A stretch of 64,000 nt of DNA from a virus (Duplodnaviria; Heunggongvirae; Uroviricota; Caudoviricetes): the IMG/VR virus record IMGVR_UViG_3300037466_002980, positions 298,811 to 362,810 of that record; one strand, written 5' to 3'. Below, in pieces: positions 1 through 8,665 of this stretch. The notes under the pieces were generated by a model. It was not told the origin of the DNA and searched no databases. It saw only the letters and a program-made list of their open reading frames with translations. Positions within the stretch are counted from its first letter, which is position 1. Every line of letters starts with the position of its first letter. Position numbers and translations under genes: made by a program.

Positions 1-71
1 GGCGATGGGTTTGGATCACCATTCTTCATGTGCGGTCGCAGCATGGAGAATTTTGGAGAAGGCCTGAAGGA

Positions 72-170
72 GAAATTCAAGAAATTCAAGAAATTCGTTG
101 GTTTTCGATTGAAGAAAAGGAATTCGAATTTCTTCGGAATTCGAAACGATTTTCATTTCATTTCAATTCC
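72..170. repeat. cluster of short tandem and palindromic repeats: (GAAATTCAA)x3, AATTCGAATT / GAATTCGAAAC palindromes, (TTTCA)x3
   Basis: read directly from the sequence at 72-170; noncoding. Confidence 0.6.
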
Positions 171-259
171 TTTTGATTTTTACGTATAGCAGAAGGATTT
201 TTCTGTGTTCACCAAATCAAAATAAAGAGGAGATTGACAGATAGTAGGAGAAAATATAA

Positions 260-442
260 TTACCATCGTACCTTGTTTTTTCTTTTAATTCCTAAGAAAG
301 AAGAAGATGTGAACAATTCATTCATTGTTTTTCTATAATGCTTTAGGGCACGAAGTGCTATTGGCCATGGAAATCTTTTACTGAGAATTTTGATTCTACT
401 AAGAGGTGTTTCGGGAAAGACCAATTTTCTCTTTTTCTTCAT
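260..442 (-). CDS. small basic hypothetical protein
   Basis: 60-aa ORF; 4-nt overlap with the downstream minus-strand gene; lysine/arginine-rich. Confidence 0.3.
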   Translation of the reverse strand: MKKKRKLVFPETPLSRIKILSKRFPWPIALRALKHYRKTMNELFTSSSFLGIKRKNKVRW

Positions 443-648
443 ATTTTTATTTTTTCGGTTTCTTTAATTACTCTTAGATCTGGATAAGTTAATTTTAACA
501 TAAGGAGTTCTTCTTCATCCATCCATTTTGTTTGAATATATCCAAACTCAAAATCAATCCACACAAACTGAACAATCCATGACACTGGATCACTATTTTG
601 TAATTTGAAAAATTCCTCTTTAGGCAATGATATTCTATAAGATTTCAC
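439..648 (-). CDS. small protein of the terminal-motif paralog family (array B1)
   Basis: C-terminal 'DEEELLMLKLTYPDL' motif shared with the neighbouring paralogs. Confidence 0.5.
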   Translation of the reverse strand: MKSYRISLPKEEFFKLQNSDPVSWIVQFVWIDFEFGYIQTKWMDEEELLMLKLTYPDLRVIKETEKIKI

Positions 649-674
649 AAATTTATTTATAAAGAATTTTTCTT

Positions 675-785
675 ATTTTAAATTCCTAGGTCGGATTCCT
701 ATTTTAAATTCCGAATCTGACCTTCGGACCTGTGCAAGATTCCTAATCTCAGATTCCAAATTTAAATTCCAAATCTGGTCTTGAT
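675..785. repeat. imperfect direct repeats, TTTAAATTCC-N-AATCTG x3 plus GATTCC x3, in a 385-nt intergenic region
   Basis: TTTAAATTCC at 677, 704 and 761; AATCTG at 715 and 773; candidate iterons or regulatory sites. Confidence 0.5.
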
Positions 786-1033
786 TTTTATGCAGAATTT
801 TCTTATCTAAATCTCCATTTGCCTCGATTAGCTAGAATTCTATCACACGACTTTAATGCTTTTCTTGATTTCTTAAGCCTTCTCTTATATTTCAGTATGG
901 ATATTTTTTTCTTACCTTTTAGAAATATCGAATTTATTAGGAATCTTTTTTTAATTTTTCTTTTCTTCATTATTAGATATACAATCAATGTAACAATAAA
1001 TTCAAAATTAGGATTACAGAAAGTGTTGTAATA

Positions 1034-1339
1034 TTACCTTATGAATATTTCAACCATCCAGAAGAACCATGAAGAAATGAAGTATAGAATTTGATCTTTT
1101 ATTGTATAGACTCGAGCTTCAAATTTGAAACGTAATTTTAAGAAAAGAATATCTTCTTTGGTTGCCTTAATTATTAAATCATTGTTTTCTGTCTCGTAAG
1201 CTAATATTCCTAGATTTTTACATTCGTCGGTGCCTAAATATTTCACAACTGCCCAATAATCCTTTACTTCATCAAAATAAAGGATATATCTGATTGTTTT
1301 ATCAGGATTATGTTCTGAAGAAAAGAGAGGAAATGTCAT
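1034..1339 (-). CDS. small protein of the terminal-motif paralog family (array B1)
   Basis: 'TKEDILFLKLRFKFE' motif; tandem with its paralogs. Confidence 0.5.
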   Translation of the reverse strand: MTFPLFSSEHNPDKTIRYILYFDEVKDYWAVVKYLGTDECKNLGILAYETENNDLIIKATKEDILFLKLRFKFEARVYTIKDQILYFISSWFFWMVEIFIR

Positions 1340-1616
1340 TTCCCACCCGAGAAAGAATAGATGTAAATGGTTTCAGAAGATAAAAGAAATGCTCTCTGGA
1401 ACTTATTTTCTTGACTGAAATAATCTTGTGTTTTAATGAAAGTAATATAACATCTTCCTCTCTCATCTTTTTGGTTCGTATCGGAACATAAGCGACCTGA
1501 TAATTTGCAGAAAGTTCAACTAGATCTGTAGAATGATATTTTCCAATTTCCTCAAGCGATAGAGCAATTTCGCCATGATCTCGAATATCTGTTATAATTT
1601 CGTACCTGGATTTCAT
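1308..1616 (-). CDS. small protein of the terminal-motif paralog family (array B1)
   Basis: 'REEDVILLSLKHKII' motif; the N-terminus is probably shorter than the ORF track shows. Confidence 0.45.
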   Translation of the reverse strand: MKSRYEIITDIRDHGEIALSLEEIGKYHSTDLVELSANYQVAYVPIRTKKMREEDVILLSLKHKIISVKKISSREHFFYLLKPFTSILSRVGNDISSLFFRT

Positions 1617-1798
1617 TCTATAATTCCGATATGAACATCGAATTTTAATTTGATATAGATCATATCATCGTTATCCATACGCTTCGTACTCAGCGTATAA
1701 ACTTTCGGCCATTCGTCCTCTAATAGTTTCCTGACATACAAATGAAAGTAAACTGTATTATAATCTTCTGGACTGGTTACTATATAATATCTTTTCAT
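1613..1798 (-). CDS. small protein of the terminal-motif paralog family (array B1)
   Basis: C-terminal 'DNDDMIYIKLKFDVH'. Confidence 0.5.
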   Translation of the reverse strand: MKRYYIVTSPEDYNTVYFHLYVRKLLEDEWPKVYTLSTKRMDNDDMIYIKLKFDVHIGIIE

Positions 1799-1995
1799 AA
1801 ATCCAATAAAGTCAATCCTGTTTTTAATGCCAGGAAATCAAGTTCCTCCATATTCGGATCAACAACATATCCGATAACAACTCTTCTTCCATTTGGTAAT
1901 GGAAATCTTCCTCCGTATTTTCTTTCCGCAAAAAAGTAGGCAACCTCTTCAGCGAAATCACCAGGAACTTCATAAAAAATTATCTTCTCTGCCAT
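1795..1995 (-). CDS. small protein of the terminal-motif paralog family (array B1)
   Basis: C-terminal 'NMEELDFLALKTGL'; 4-nt overlap with its neighbour. Confidence 0.45.
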   Translation of the reverse strand: MAEKIIFYEVPGDFAEEVAYFFAERKYGGRFPLPNGRRVVIGYVVDPNMEELDFLALKTGLTLLDL

Positions 1996-2218
1996 AATAT
2001 GAATATCTGTTGGAATTTCGATTATATCTAAATGTGGGACAGGCCAATGATAGTTGAAGAAGATCCTCTTCAGTCAATCCGCTAATAGATACATAATATT
2101 TTATATTAGTTTCCGTTGCTTGTATAATGGTATAAGTTGACAACCGGAGTATATGAGATATGAGTAATTCCTTCTCGTGTTTCAACACCCAACAATCGAA
2201 TACTATACGTCCGCTCAT
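1970..2218 (-). CDS. small protein of the terminal-motif paralog family (array B1)
   Basis: 'TEEDLLQLSLACPTF' motif. Confidence 0.45.
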   Translation of the reverse strand: MSGRIVFDCWVLKHEKELLISHILRLSTYTIIQATETNIKYYVSISGLTEEDLLQLSLACPTFRYNRNSNRYSYYGREDNFL

Positions 2219-2457
2219 TTAAATCTATCGCTGATAATTAATTTAATTGTCTTTTGAACTTCTCCAAACTCAGCAGGAGAATGATGATAATAAAGTTTGA
2301 ATTTTAACTTCAATAAAACCAGAAGATCTTCATCTACGGTTGCTTCTATCGCCATCATTCCAGGTATGTTGGTATTTCTTTTAAGGTAATCTGTTTCCTT
2401 TATTTCCTCAATAAAAGAATCAATACTACCATATTCAACATAGAATTTATATTTCAT
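2215..2457 (-). CDS. small protein of the terminal-motif paralog family (array B1)
   Basis: 'VDEDLLVLLKLKFKL' motif; 4-nt overlap. Confidence 0.5.
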   Translation of the reverse strand: MKYKFYVEYGSIDSFIEEIKETDYLKRNTNIPGMMAIEATVDEDLLVLLKLKFKLYYHHSPAEFGEVQKTIKLIISDRFK

Positions 2458-2466
2458 AACTCTTTC

Positions 2467-2661
2467 TTAATTATCTATCTTCACAATTCGAAATCTGTAC
2501 TTAATCGAAAGAAATAATAAACAATCCTCATCTGAAGTTTGAAGATATCCCCAGGGACTATTACCAATATTTTCAATAATAGAAAATGAAAATCCATTAT
2601 TATGATCATTCATCATTTCTTCTATTGCATTCTTATCCGGAAATATAACCTTATATATCAT
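2467..2661 (-). CDS. small protein of the terminal-motif paralog family (array B1)
   Basis: 'SDEDCLLFLSIKYRF' motif. Confidence 0.5.
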   Translation of the reverse strand: MIYKVIFPDKNAIEEMMNDHNNGFSFSIIENIGNSPWGYLQTSDEDCLLFLSIKYRFRIVKIDN

Positions 2662-2879
2662 CTTCTGCCTAAAATCTTTTCCTTCTTATTTAGAATTTTA
2701 ATAGTAGGAAATTTCAACATTAAAACTAGAAGATCATCGTCTTCAATGTTAATTATATGAATTCCGGCTTCTTTGGTTACGGTTATTGAAATTAGAACAT
2801 CATAGCAACGCATTAGAGCAACATGGTGTCTGAAATCATGATAACAATTAATTGGAACCTCTATTGTTGCTTCATTCAT
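2658..2879 (-). CDS. small protein of the terminal-motif paralog family (array B1)
   Basis: 'EDDDLLVLMLKFPTI' motif. Confidence 0.5.
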   Translation of the reverse strand: MNEATIEVPINCYHDFRHHVALMRCYDVLISITVTKEAGIHIINIEDDDLLVLMLKFPTIKILNKKEKILGRR

Positions 2880-3111
2880 TTATAAGATCTTTTTTTACAA
2901 TATTAAATGATAAAGATAATAGTGTTAATTCTTCTTCGGAAATTCGCATATGAAATGTTAAGCATGAAAGCGGAGCAAGTTCTTCAATCATGGCTTGTAG
3001 GAGATCACCCGGTTCGTGTTTAACTTCTCGTTTTAATATTGAATCAATCTTAAATCTTATTTCGACTCTTGAACTCCTAGGTTCTCGAATAACAATACGC
3101 CAAATATTCAT
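2872..3111 (-). CDS. small protein of the terminal-motif paralog family (array B1)
   Basis: 'SEEELTLLSLSFNIV' motif. Confidence 0.45.
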   Translation of the reverse strand: MNIWRIVIREPRSSRVEIRFKIDSILKREVKHEPGDLLQAMIEELAPLSCLTFHMRISEEELTLLSLSFNIVKKDLINE

Positions 3112-3317
3112 CTAAATTTACCACCCAATAATATTAAATAATTCAATTCTTCATTATCCAAATATAAATTAAACCAACAGAATGGATAATAGACATTATA
3201 AAATTTTCTACCTTTTTCCTTTTTATTATCCATAAGGCTACCAATAAATTCACAGGCATGAACAGATGCAAGCTCATTTGGGAACACTATTTGATGATTT
3301 TGTACGACAGGGTTCAT
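3108..3317 (-). CDS. small protein of the terminal-motif paralog family (array B1)
   Basis: C-terminal 'DNEELNYLILLGGKF'. Confidence 0.45.
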   Translation of the reverse strand: MNPVVQNHQIVFPNELASVHACEFIGSLMDNKKEKGRKFYNVYYPFCWFNLYLDNEELNYLILLGGKFR

Positions 3318-3380
3318 AGAATAAAAAATGATTACACAGAAAAATCTGTATAAAATTTATTTAAAACTTTCTCATGTGTT

Positions 3381-3674
3381 CTAATTGCTTGGGCCGCGAT
3401 AGTGCAACATATTGTCCGGTAAACTAACTCTTATCATAGTTTCTGTTTCTACCACTTGTCTAAATGAATATTTCAATGTTAGAAGAGTAACAAATTCTTT
3501 ATCTGCCTTAAGTGAAATTATGGTATTATGATAAACATTTCTATACCATGTATAGCAAAGTCCTGTCAATATTCGTTTATTATGATAATTTTGAATTTCT
3601 TGAACGAGGTTGTTGAAAAAATCAGGATGTTCCTGTTCACTTTCGAATTCTATTAGAAAATAAGACATTTCCAT
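3381..3674 (-). CDS. small protein of the terminal-motif paralog family (array B1)
   Basis: 'KADKEFVTLLTLKYSF' motif. Confidence 0.45.
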   Translation of the reverse strand: MEMSYFLIEFESEQEHPDFFNNLVQEIQNYHNKRILTGLCYTWYRNVYHNTIISLKADKEFVTLLTLKYSFRQVVETETMIRVSLPDNMLHYRGPSN

Positions 3675-3858
3675 TTTATTAATACCTCAAGATCAAATGA
3701 GGTTTGGTCATTTGCTTTTCTTCTTATCTGATTCAGAAACAGGGGGTTTTGGAAATGTTGCTGAAACAAATCTTGCTTGTTCTTGCATCCATTTCGGCCA
3801 AGTTTTAATTGCCTTTCTAGCACGACTGAAATGTCTTAAGAAGGATTTACTCATTTCT

Positions 3859-4236
3859 TCATTCTCCCCATTTATATGGACCACCATCAAGAGGTATATT
3901 ATTCTGTCTCCAAAAACGCAATGATCCCCGAATTCCTTCTCCTGCTGTGATATGTGGCGCTAGTGTTAATTTAGAAACACACCTAGTTCCATATCCATTT
4001 CCTCTAAGTGATTTACGACAGAAGGCCATTACCATATTACGGTTAACCAATGCTGCGGCAACTGCAACACCATTGAGATGTCCTATTGCAACTTGATAGT
4101 CTTTATGGGGATTTATTAGAAACATTTCAAATACCCCCTTCATTGTCCAACCATTAACATATAATCGATGGGTTAGACAAATCATTGCACCTTCATCTAA
4201 GTTATTTCCTTGATATAACTTAACTTCAAATCCCAT
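3859..4236 (-). CDS. GNAT-family N-acetyltransferase
   Basis: acetyl-CoA-binding motif A 'RKSLRGNGYGTRCV' (Q/R-x-x-G-x-G/A) in a 125-aa ORF. Confidence 0.55.
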   Translation of the reverse strand: MGFEVKLYQGNNLDEGAMICLTHRLYVNGWTMKGVFEMFLINPHKDYQVAIGHLNGVAVAAALVNRNMVMAFCRKSLRGNGYGTRCVSKLTLAPHITAGEGIRGSLRFWRQNNIPLDGGPYKWGE

Positions 4237-4425
4237 AATTATCCTTTTAGAAGATCAAAAACAAATTGGCCTACTAACAATGTCTATGCCTACTGCCTTA
4301 ATTTTGTCGTTATAATCCGCTTAAATTCGCTATTAATTCGCAGGTAAGATCTAGGCCAATTACTGCAAGTCTAACAGATTTCAAGAAATAACGTCAATAG
4401 AAAGAGGTTTTGATTAGTTCGGAAA

Positions 4426-4460
4426 TAGAAAAAGGTCGCACAAAGGCGACCTTTTATCTT
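4426..4460 (-). terminator. bidirectional rho-independent terminator
   Basis: stem GGTCGC/GCGACC (4434-4451) with an A-run on one side and a T-run on the other; just downstream of the GC-rich gene at 4503..4892. Confidence 0.6.
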
Positions 4461-4502
4461 TGAATTGAAAAGGTTCGGCTAGAACCTTCTCAAATGGCCT
4501 GG

Positions 4503-4892
4503 TTAGGCCGACACCGTCTCGGCAGCCTTCTCGGTGCCTTCCGCCGGTGCAGCGGCTTGTTCCGGCTGAGCTTCAGCTTCCTTGGCCTTCGCGGGGCGAC
4601 CACGCTTGCCAGTGCTGGCGGGCTTTTCCTTCTTCGGGTCACGGCCCAGGCCGACTTCGGGGTTGGCCGTTTCCGCTTCCTTCTTCGCGGCGTTGTACAT
4701 CGTTGCCGCGGAGGCAACGCTCACGCCCAGGTCCTTCTGGATTTGCGTCAGAACTGCGGCGCGGAAGGCCTTGTTCGACGTGTACGCGCCGGTGGCACGT
4801 TGGTCCAGGTGCGACTTGAAGATGAGGGTCGCGCGCGCCTTTTTCGAAGGCGCCTTCGGTGCTTGCACCGTGGTGTTTTCAGCTTGTTCCAT
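4503..4892 (-). CDS. Ala/Lys-rich hypothetical protein with an AT-hook-like tail ('GKRGRPAKAKE'); the gene is a GC-rich island
   Basis: about 65% GC against about 30% in the flanks; AGGAG Shine-Dalgarno 9 nt upstream; the plus-strand ORFs overlapping it are antisense artefacts. Confidence 0.5.
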   Translation of the reverse strand: MEQAENTTVQAPKAPSKKARATLIFKSHLDQRATGAYTSNKAFRAAVLTQIQKDLGVSVASAATMYNAAKKEAETANPEVGLGRDPKKEKPASTGKRGRPAKAKEAEAQPEQAAAPAEGTEKAAETVSA

Positions 4893-4983
4893 AAATTAAC
4901 TCCTGTGTGTGTTGAACAAATTCGGTATTAGGATCATTTCCCGTTCACCGCAATATCAAGTCTATAGACATTTAACTTATTTG

Positions 4984-5226
4984 TCAATCAACCGGTATAA
5001 CCAACTTAAAGTCAGGGTCATTATTTTGATGCACCCAACGCGATGCCTTGCTATCTTGCGTTTGCCCAATCGGTGCTATAAAAAGCCAAGGTCCTTTCTT
5101 ATCGGGACTAAAGAGAACACGTTCTGTTTCGGCAAACACTGTCCATTCATTGCCGTGCTCACGGACACGATTTTTGCCCTTTTGGGTGATACCGTGTAAT
5201 TTAATTATCTTTCCAAGTAATGACAT
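4984..5226 (-). CDS. hypothetical protein
   Basis: 80-aa ORF with minus-strand colinearity. Confidence 0.4.
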   Translation of the reverse strand: MSLLGKIIKLHGITQKGKNRVREHGNEWTVFAETERVLFSPDKKGPWLFIAPIGQTQDSKASRWVHQNNDPDFKLVIPVD

Positions 5227-5266
5227 TACTTTAACCTTGTTGGAATAATATACATTTTAATGTAAG

Positions 5267-5464
5267 TTATAATTTTTCTGCAAATCCTAATTCATCTTCA
5301 TCAAAGACTCCCCATTCATTGGTAGGCCATTCTACCGCATAAGAAATCTTACCACTGAACATATCACTGCACGGCGGAGGAATAATTTTTGTGATAATAG
5401 CGATCTCACCATCGGCAATCACATGATCGCCTACTGAATATTTTGTTATAGGTTTTGCATTCAT
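5267..5464 (-). CDS. hypothetical protein
   Basis: 65-aa ORF. Confidence 0.4.
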   Translation of the reverse strand: MNAKPITKYSVGDHVIADGEIAIITKIIPPPCSDMFSGKISYAVEWPTNEWGVFDEDELGFAEKL

Positions 5465-5468
5465 TTTC

Positions 5469-5777
5469 TTACACTAATTCTGCATTCGATCTCAATTCAG
5501 TCCAATAGACTTCACCCTCGAGACCATCTTCATTCTTTACTCGACAACAATTGCAAATTCCTTTAATTCTACGAGGTTTTTTCACAATTGTCAAAATTTC
5601 ACCGGGAACCGCACCGAATGCAATATCGACACCAATATACCGTTCGACATCCCATGCCCTAATTGCTGCCAGGTCGGGAAGATTAGGACTGGCGAAAATA
5701 ATTCCAGCAGTTTTTGACTTCAATGAGACAATTCGAACCTTCGTTCCTGGAATCATGTCTTCCTTTTTGAGCACCAT
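5469..5777 (-). CDS. hypothetical protein
   Basis: 102-aa ORF; contains a 'CNCC' cysteine pair. Confidence 0.45.
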   Translation of the reverse strand: MVLKKEDMIPGTKVRIVSLKSKTAGIIFASPNLPDLAAIRAWDVERYIGVDIAFGAVPGEILTIVKKPRRIKGICNCCRVKNEDGLEGEVYWTELRSNAELV

Positions 5778-6031
5778 TACATTTCTCCTTTCAGTCGTGC
5801 TGCAAGGAAATCATCGCCCGAAATACAAGGAGTTTTATATCCTCCTTGAATTGCTTGTCGATTGAGATCTTGTGCGCAGGATAGACACACCCAATTTTTA
5901 TCCGATTTGTTGTACCAGGTTGCCCTTCTAGGAGTCTTCGCAAAGAAACAACGAATGCTTGTGCATTGTCCGTTTTCGGTACCACCGCTCGCAAAGAAGG
6001 AACGTTCGGAAGAATCGAGAAGATTTCGCAT
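5777..6031 (-). CDS. Cys-rich hypothetical protein
   Basis: 84-aa ORF; 1-nt overlap with the downstream gene; multiple Cys residues. Confidence 0.4.
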   Translation of the reverse strand: MRNLLDSSERSFFASGGTENGQCTSIRCFFAKTPRRATWYNKSDKNWVCLSCAQDLNRQAIQGGYKTPCISGDDFLAARLKGEM

Positions 6032-6397
6032 TTAAATCACCAGACTGTCAGGAATATCAACTTCATTGCCGAGTTTTGAGGCAACGAAACAACGCATTGC
6101 AGCGATGAGTGGTGTTAAACCTTCAAATTCTTTATCAATACCGGGCCATTTGGCATAGTAGGTTCGGGAATTTGGATCACACAAATCGCCTTCCCATACC
6201 CAAACAATTCCAGTTCGTTCGATAATCGGTCCGCCTTGGGTCCAGTCAATGGAAGGTTGGTACCATTCCCAGCCACCATGCGGCCCTCGAATTTCGTAGC
6301 GCGGCCCATCTGCCGTTATTGCGCATTTGAATCCTTCGCACTTCGCCACCGCCCAATTTAGAGAATTACCGACAAGATCATTAACCTTAATTTTCAT
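6032..6397 (-). CDS. phage-associated Trp-rich protein that resembles DUF2591
   Basis: 'MKIKVNDLVGNSLNWAVAKCEG...' N-terminus resembles the DUF2591 phage family; the family name is recalled, not searched. Confidence 0.45.
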   Translation of the reverse strand: MKIKVNDLVGNSLNWAVAKCEGFKCAITADGPRYEIRGPHGGWEWYQPSIDWTQGGPIIERTGIVWVWEGDLCDPNSRTYYAKWPGIDKEFEGLTPLIAAMRCFVASKLGNEVDIPDSLVI

Positions 6398-6872
6398 TTT
6401 CCGGTACCTTATAAATCTTAATTCGTTTTCCGTTTATAGTGATAGTCTTCTTTGTACCTTGTGAAGGATCGAAAGATAGTATTGCACAAGGAGAACATGG
6501 ATAACCATGATTTTCTCTTGAATGTTTTATAAGTGTTTCTGCAATATATTTGACTGTATTTCCGGAAAGAACAAAATCATCTACAATAAGAAACTTTTTC
6601 AGCAGTAAATCTGCATTGCATTCAATCCTGGCACCGTGAGAGTTTTCATTATCTTTTCTCACATAGATCATTGGAATATTATTCATGTATCCAAGAATAA
6701 ATCCAACGGCACATCCAGAACTTCCACAGAAAGCAATTGCTTCAAATTTGTATTTTTCCTTCAATTCTTGGAATAAATCGTCGGCTTTATTCATGTACCT
6801 TCGAAAGGCACTAGGACTCATGCTTGACCAACCATATCCAACGAAATTGAGTTTCTTATATTTTTTGCCCAT
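6387..6872 (-). CDS. phosphoribosyltransferase-domain protein
   Basis: PRPP-binding motif 'KKFLIVDDFVLSGNTVKY'. Confidence 0.55.
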   Translation of the reverse strand: MGKKYKKLNFVGYGWSSMSPSAFRRYMNKADDLFQELKEKYKFEAIAFCGSSGCAVGFILGYMNNIPMIYVRKDNENSHGARIECNADLLLKKFLIVDDFVLSGNTVKYIAETLIKHSRENHGYPCSPCAILSFDPSQGTKKTITINGKRIKIYKVPENEN

Positions 6873-6873
6873 G

Positions 6874-7089
6874 TTAGATAATGGTTCGAATTTTTTCGGT
6901 TCTCTTCTGTTGATTTAGAACTCGATTTCTGTTCTGTGTATTGTGGGAATTTTCAATAGTTAAATTTTGAAACTTTCCCATAGCTTCTTTTCCGGAAGGA
7001 ACAAAAGCACCCATAAGAAGATCAGTAAGGGCAGATAATGGAAATGCCTGCTTCTTCTGTTGGAATTTACGAAGGGATCTAATCTTCAT
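6874..7089 (-). CDS. hypothetical protein
   Basis: 71-aa ORF. Confidence 0.3.
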   Translation of the reverse strand: MKIRSLRKFQQKKQAFPLSALTDLLMGAFVPSGKEAMGKFQNLTIENSHNTQNRNRVLNQQKRTEKIRTII

Positions 7090-7325
7090 TAGGACATCTC
7101 TTCTTCATCTTCTAATTCTGCCAATGCGGCTTCCACCTTCTCGTTCATCTCTGCCTTTACCTGCCTTTGCAAGGTAATGGTAGCGACAGATCTGGGGCGA
7201 ACTTCCCACAACGGGCAAGAACGAACCGAACAATTCTCGATTTGTTGAAGGTACGTACCCGGTGCGAACTGATCATAGGTGCATTGTTTGCACTTCGCTT
7301 GAATTGCCTTTTTTAGAGAAGCCAT
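7089..7325 (-). CDS. Cys-rich, zinc-ribbon-like hypothetical protein
   Basis: CxxC...CxxxxC pattern followed by an acidic tail. Confidence 0.4.
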   Translation of the reverse strand: MASLKKAIQAKCKQCTYDQFAPGTYLQQIENCSVRSCPLWEVRPRSVATITLQRQVKAEMNEKVEAALAELEDEEEMS

Positions 7326-7392
7326 TACAATCTCCTGATGTATTAGTCTATTTTAATGACTTCCTAAAAAATAGTCAACAGGTTTAATTAGA

Positions 7393-7767
7393 TCACATCT
7401 TCCTGCGTAATTTTTCAGCAAGCACTAATTGAAGGATTTCGTTTGCCAATTCGTCCTCTTCCATCACCAATGCCTGTTGGGCAAGTTCTCGAAGATCTTC
7501 CAACATTTTCTGTACACCATGACGAACAACTCTAATGCCGCCAAGTGATTTCAACAACACGATACGTTTTTCAACCTCAAAATTCACATCAGGATAGGTC
7601 GAAAGATAATGGGTATCAATCTTCATTCGTTGAACACCTGGACGTTCAGTTGCATCCTTGGCATCTTTTAAACCAAGTGCCGTGAGTTCCCTAAGTGTTT
7701 TGATTGCGGAAACACGGTTTGAGATTTTGTTGATATCTATTACTTCGAATTCGATAAATTCATCCAT
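7393..7767 (-). CDS. protein carrying a domain like the C-terminal domain of ribosomal protein bL12 (L7/L12)
   Basis: 'EFEVIDINKISNRVSAIKTLRELTALGLKDAKDATE' aligns with the bL12 C-terminal domain '[36 protein letters not shown]'; the bL12 N-terminal dimerisation domain is absent. Confidence 0.5.
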   Translation of the reverse strand: MDEFIEFEVIDINKISNRVSAIKTLRELTALGLKDAKDATERPGVQRMKIDTHYLSTYPDVNFEVEKRIVLLKSLGGIRVVRHGVQKMLEDLRELAQQALVMEEDELANEILQLVLAEKLRRKM

Positions 7768-7832
7768 TATTTTCTTCCATAGATTGACAGACTTTTTATT
7801 ATATTAAATATCATTATTTAAGTCTACAGGAT

Positions 7833-7858
7833 AGAGAAAAGCCCGCAGTCGCGGGCTT
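7833..7858 (-). terminator. rho-independent terminator
   Basis: stem AAGCCCGC/GCGGGCTT with loop AGTC, followed on the minus strand by TTTTCTC. Confidence 0.55.
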
Positions 7859-8351
7859 CAATGGCTTACATTGCGGAAGGTTGACAAGCATCCTACCGTC
7901 TCCGTCTCCATGTGTCAATGTGTTAACTTGGAGACTAACTTCAATTAAAACTAACTCACAATAATATGTGCATTACTCCAGACCAATTCTGGATGTAAGT
8001 GGCCGGGTTTCTTAGGCCCTAATTACTCAAATATTAAAAATTAAAAGCCCCTTGGATAATATCTCCGTTTTGCGCTTTTAACGCTCCAGTTGATACAAAT
8101 CAACCACAGACACTAATGAGTTCCTTAACCATCTCAGATTAAAGATATAGTCTGACATTGATACCCATTCACAATACGGTAAAAAGAAGGAGGATGTCTC
8201 GAATGTGCCCCAAACTCGTCCATGCCCACACATTCGGTCCTACAACTTCTTAGGTTTCGGGTTATTCTATATTTTACGCTTCGGCAATACAAAATACAGC
8301 CCGGCAACCTACCGTTTCGACAATTTTAAGGGATGTCTCTTCAGTTGTGCC

Positions 8352-8576
8352 CTACATCGTCTGTCTATACCAAAACTCCGGAATTTCTTGCTCTCCTTCT
8401 GCTGTTTCTTTTATTATATATCCAAATTCGTGCCACCATCCAGAATCAAGGAGAATGTCCCTTTCCCATCGTCTAAAATGAGTTGGATGAACTCCTTTTA
8501 ACGAAAGCAAAAATTCGTATTCCTTTAATTCTTTATAGTGTTCAAAACTCTCTATTTCGAGATATCTTAGTGTCAT
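8352..8576 (-). CDS. hypothetical protein
   Basis: 74-aa ORF. Confidence 0.4.
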   Translation of the reverse strand: MTLRYLEIESFEHYKELKEYEFLLSLKGVHPTHFRRWERDILLDSGWWHEFGYIIKETAEGEQEIPEFWYRQTM

Positions 8577-8665
8577 ATAAAAAAGTCCGCACCAGTTTTC
8601 TCACAACCTCTTCGAACATTTCGCGAGGACAACTGGTATTGGTGGTGCTCCTAGCGGACGAAACC

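Noticed and set aside
803-1031. ORFs 803..988(-) and 819..1031(+)
   Set aside because: Mutually overlapping low-complexity ORFs inside the repeat-bearing intergenic region; probably noncoding.
3697-3924. ORF 3697..3924(+) and ORF 3708..3890(-)
   Set aside because: Both overlap the start of the GNAT gene and each other. No motif support, and coding is ambiguous.
4494-4931. plus-strand ORFs 4494..4931, 4547..4819 and 4582..4899, and minus-strand 4490..4717
   Set aside because: Overlapping frames in a 65% GC island. Only the 4503..4892 minus frame has a Shine-Dalgarno site and a protein-like composition.
5791-6309. alternative-frame minus-strand ORFs 5791..5994 and 6115..6309
   Set aside because: Nested inside longer co-linear ORFs (5777..6031 and 6032..6397).
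8205-8501. 98-aa plus-strand ORF
   Set aside because: Cys/Phe-rich implausible composition; overlaps a minus-strand gene and the noncoding gap.
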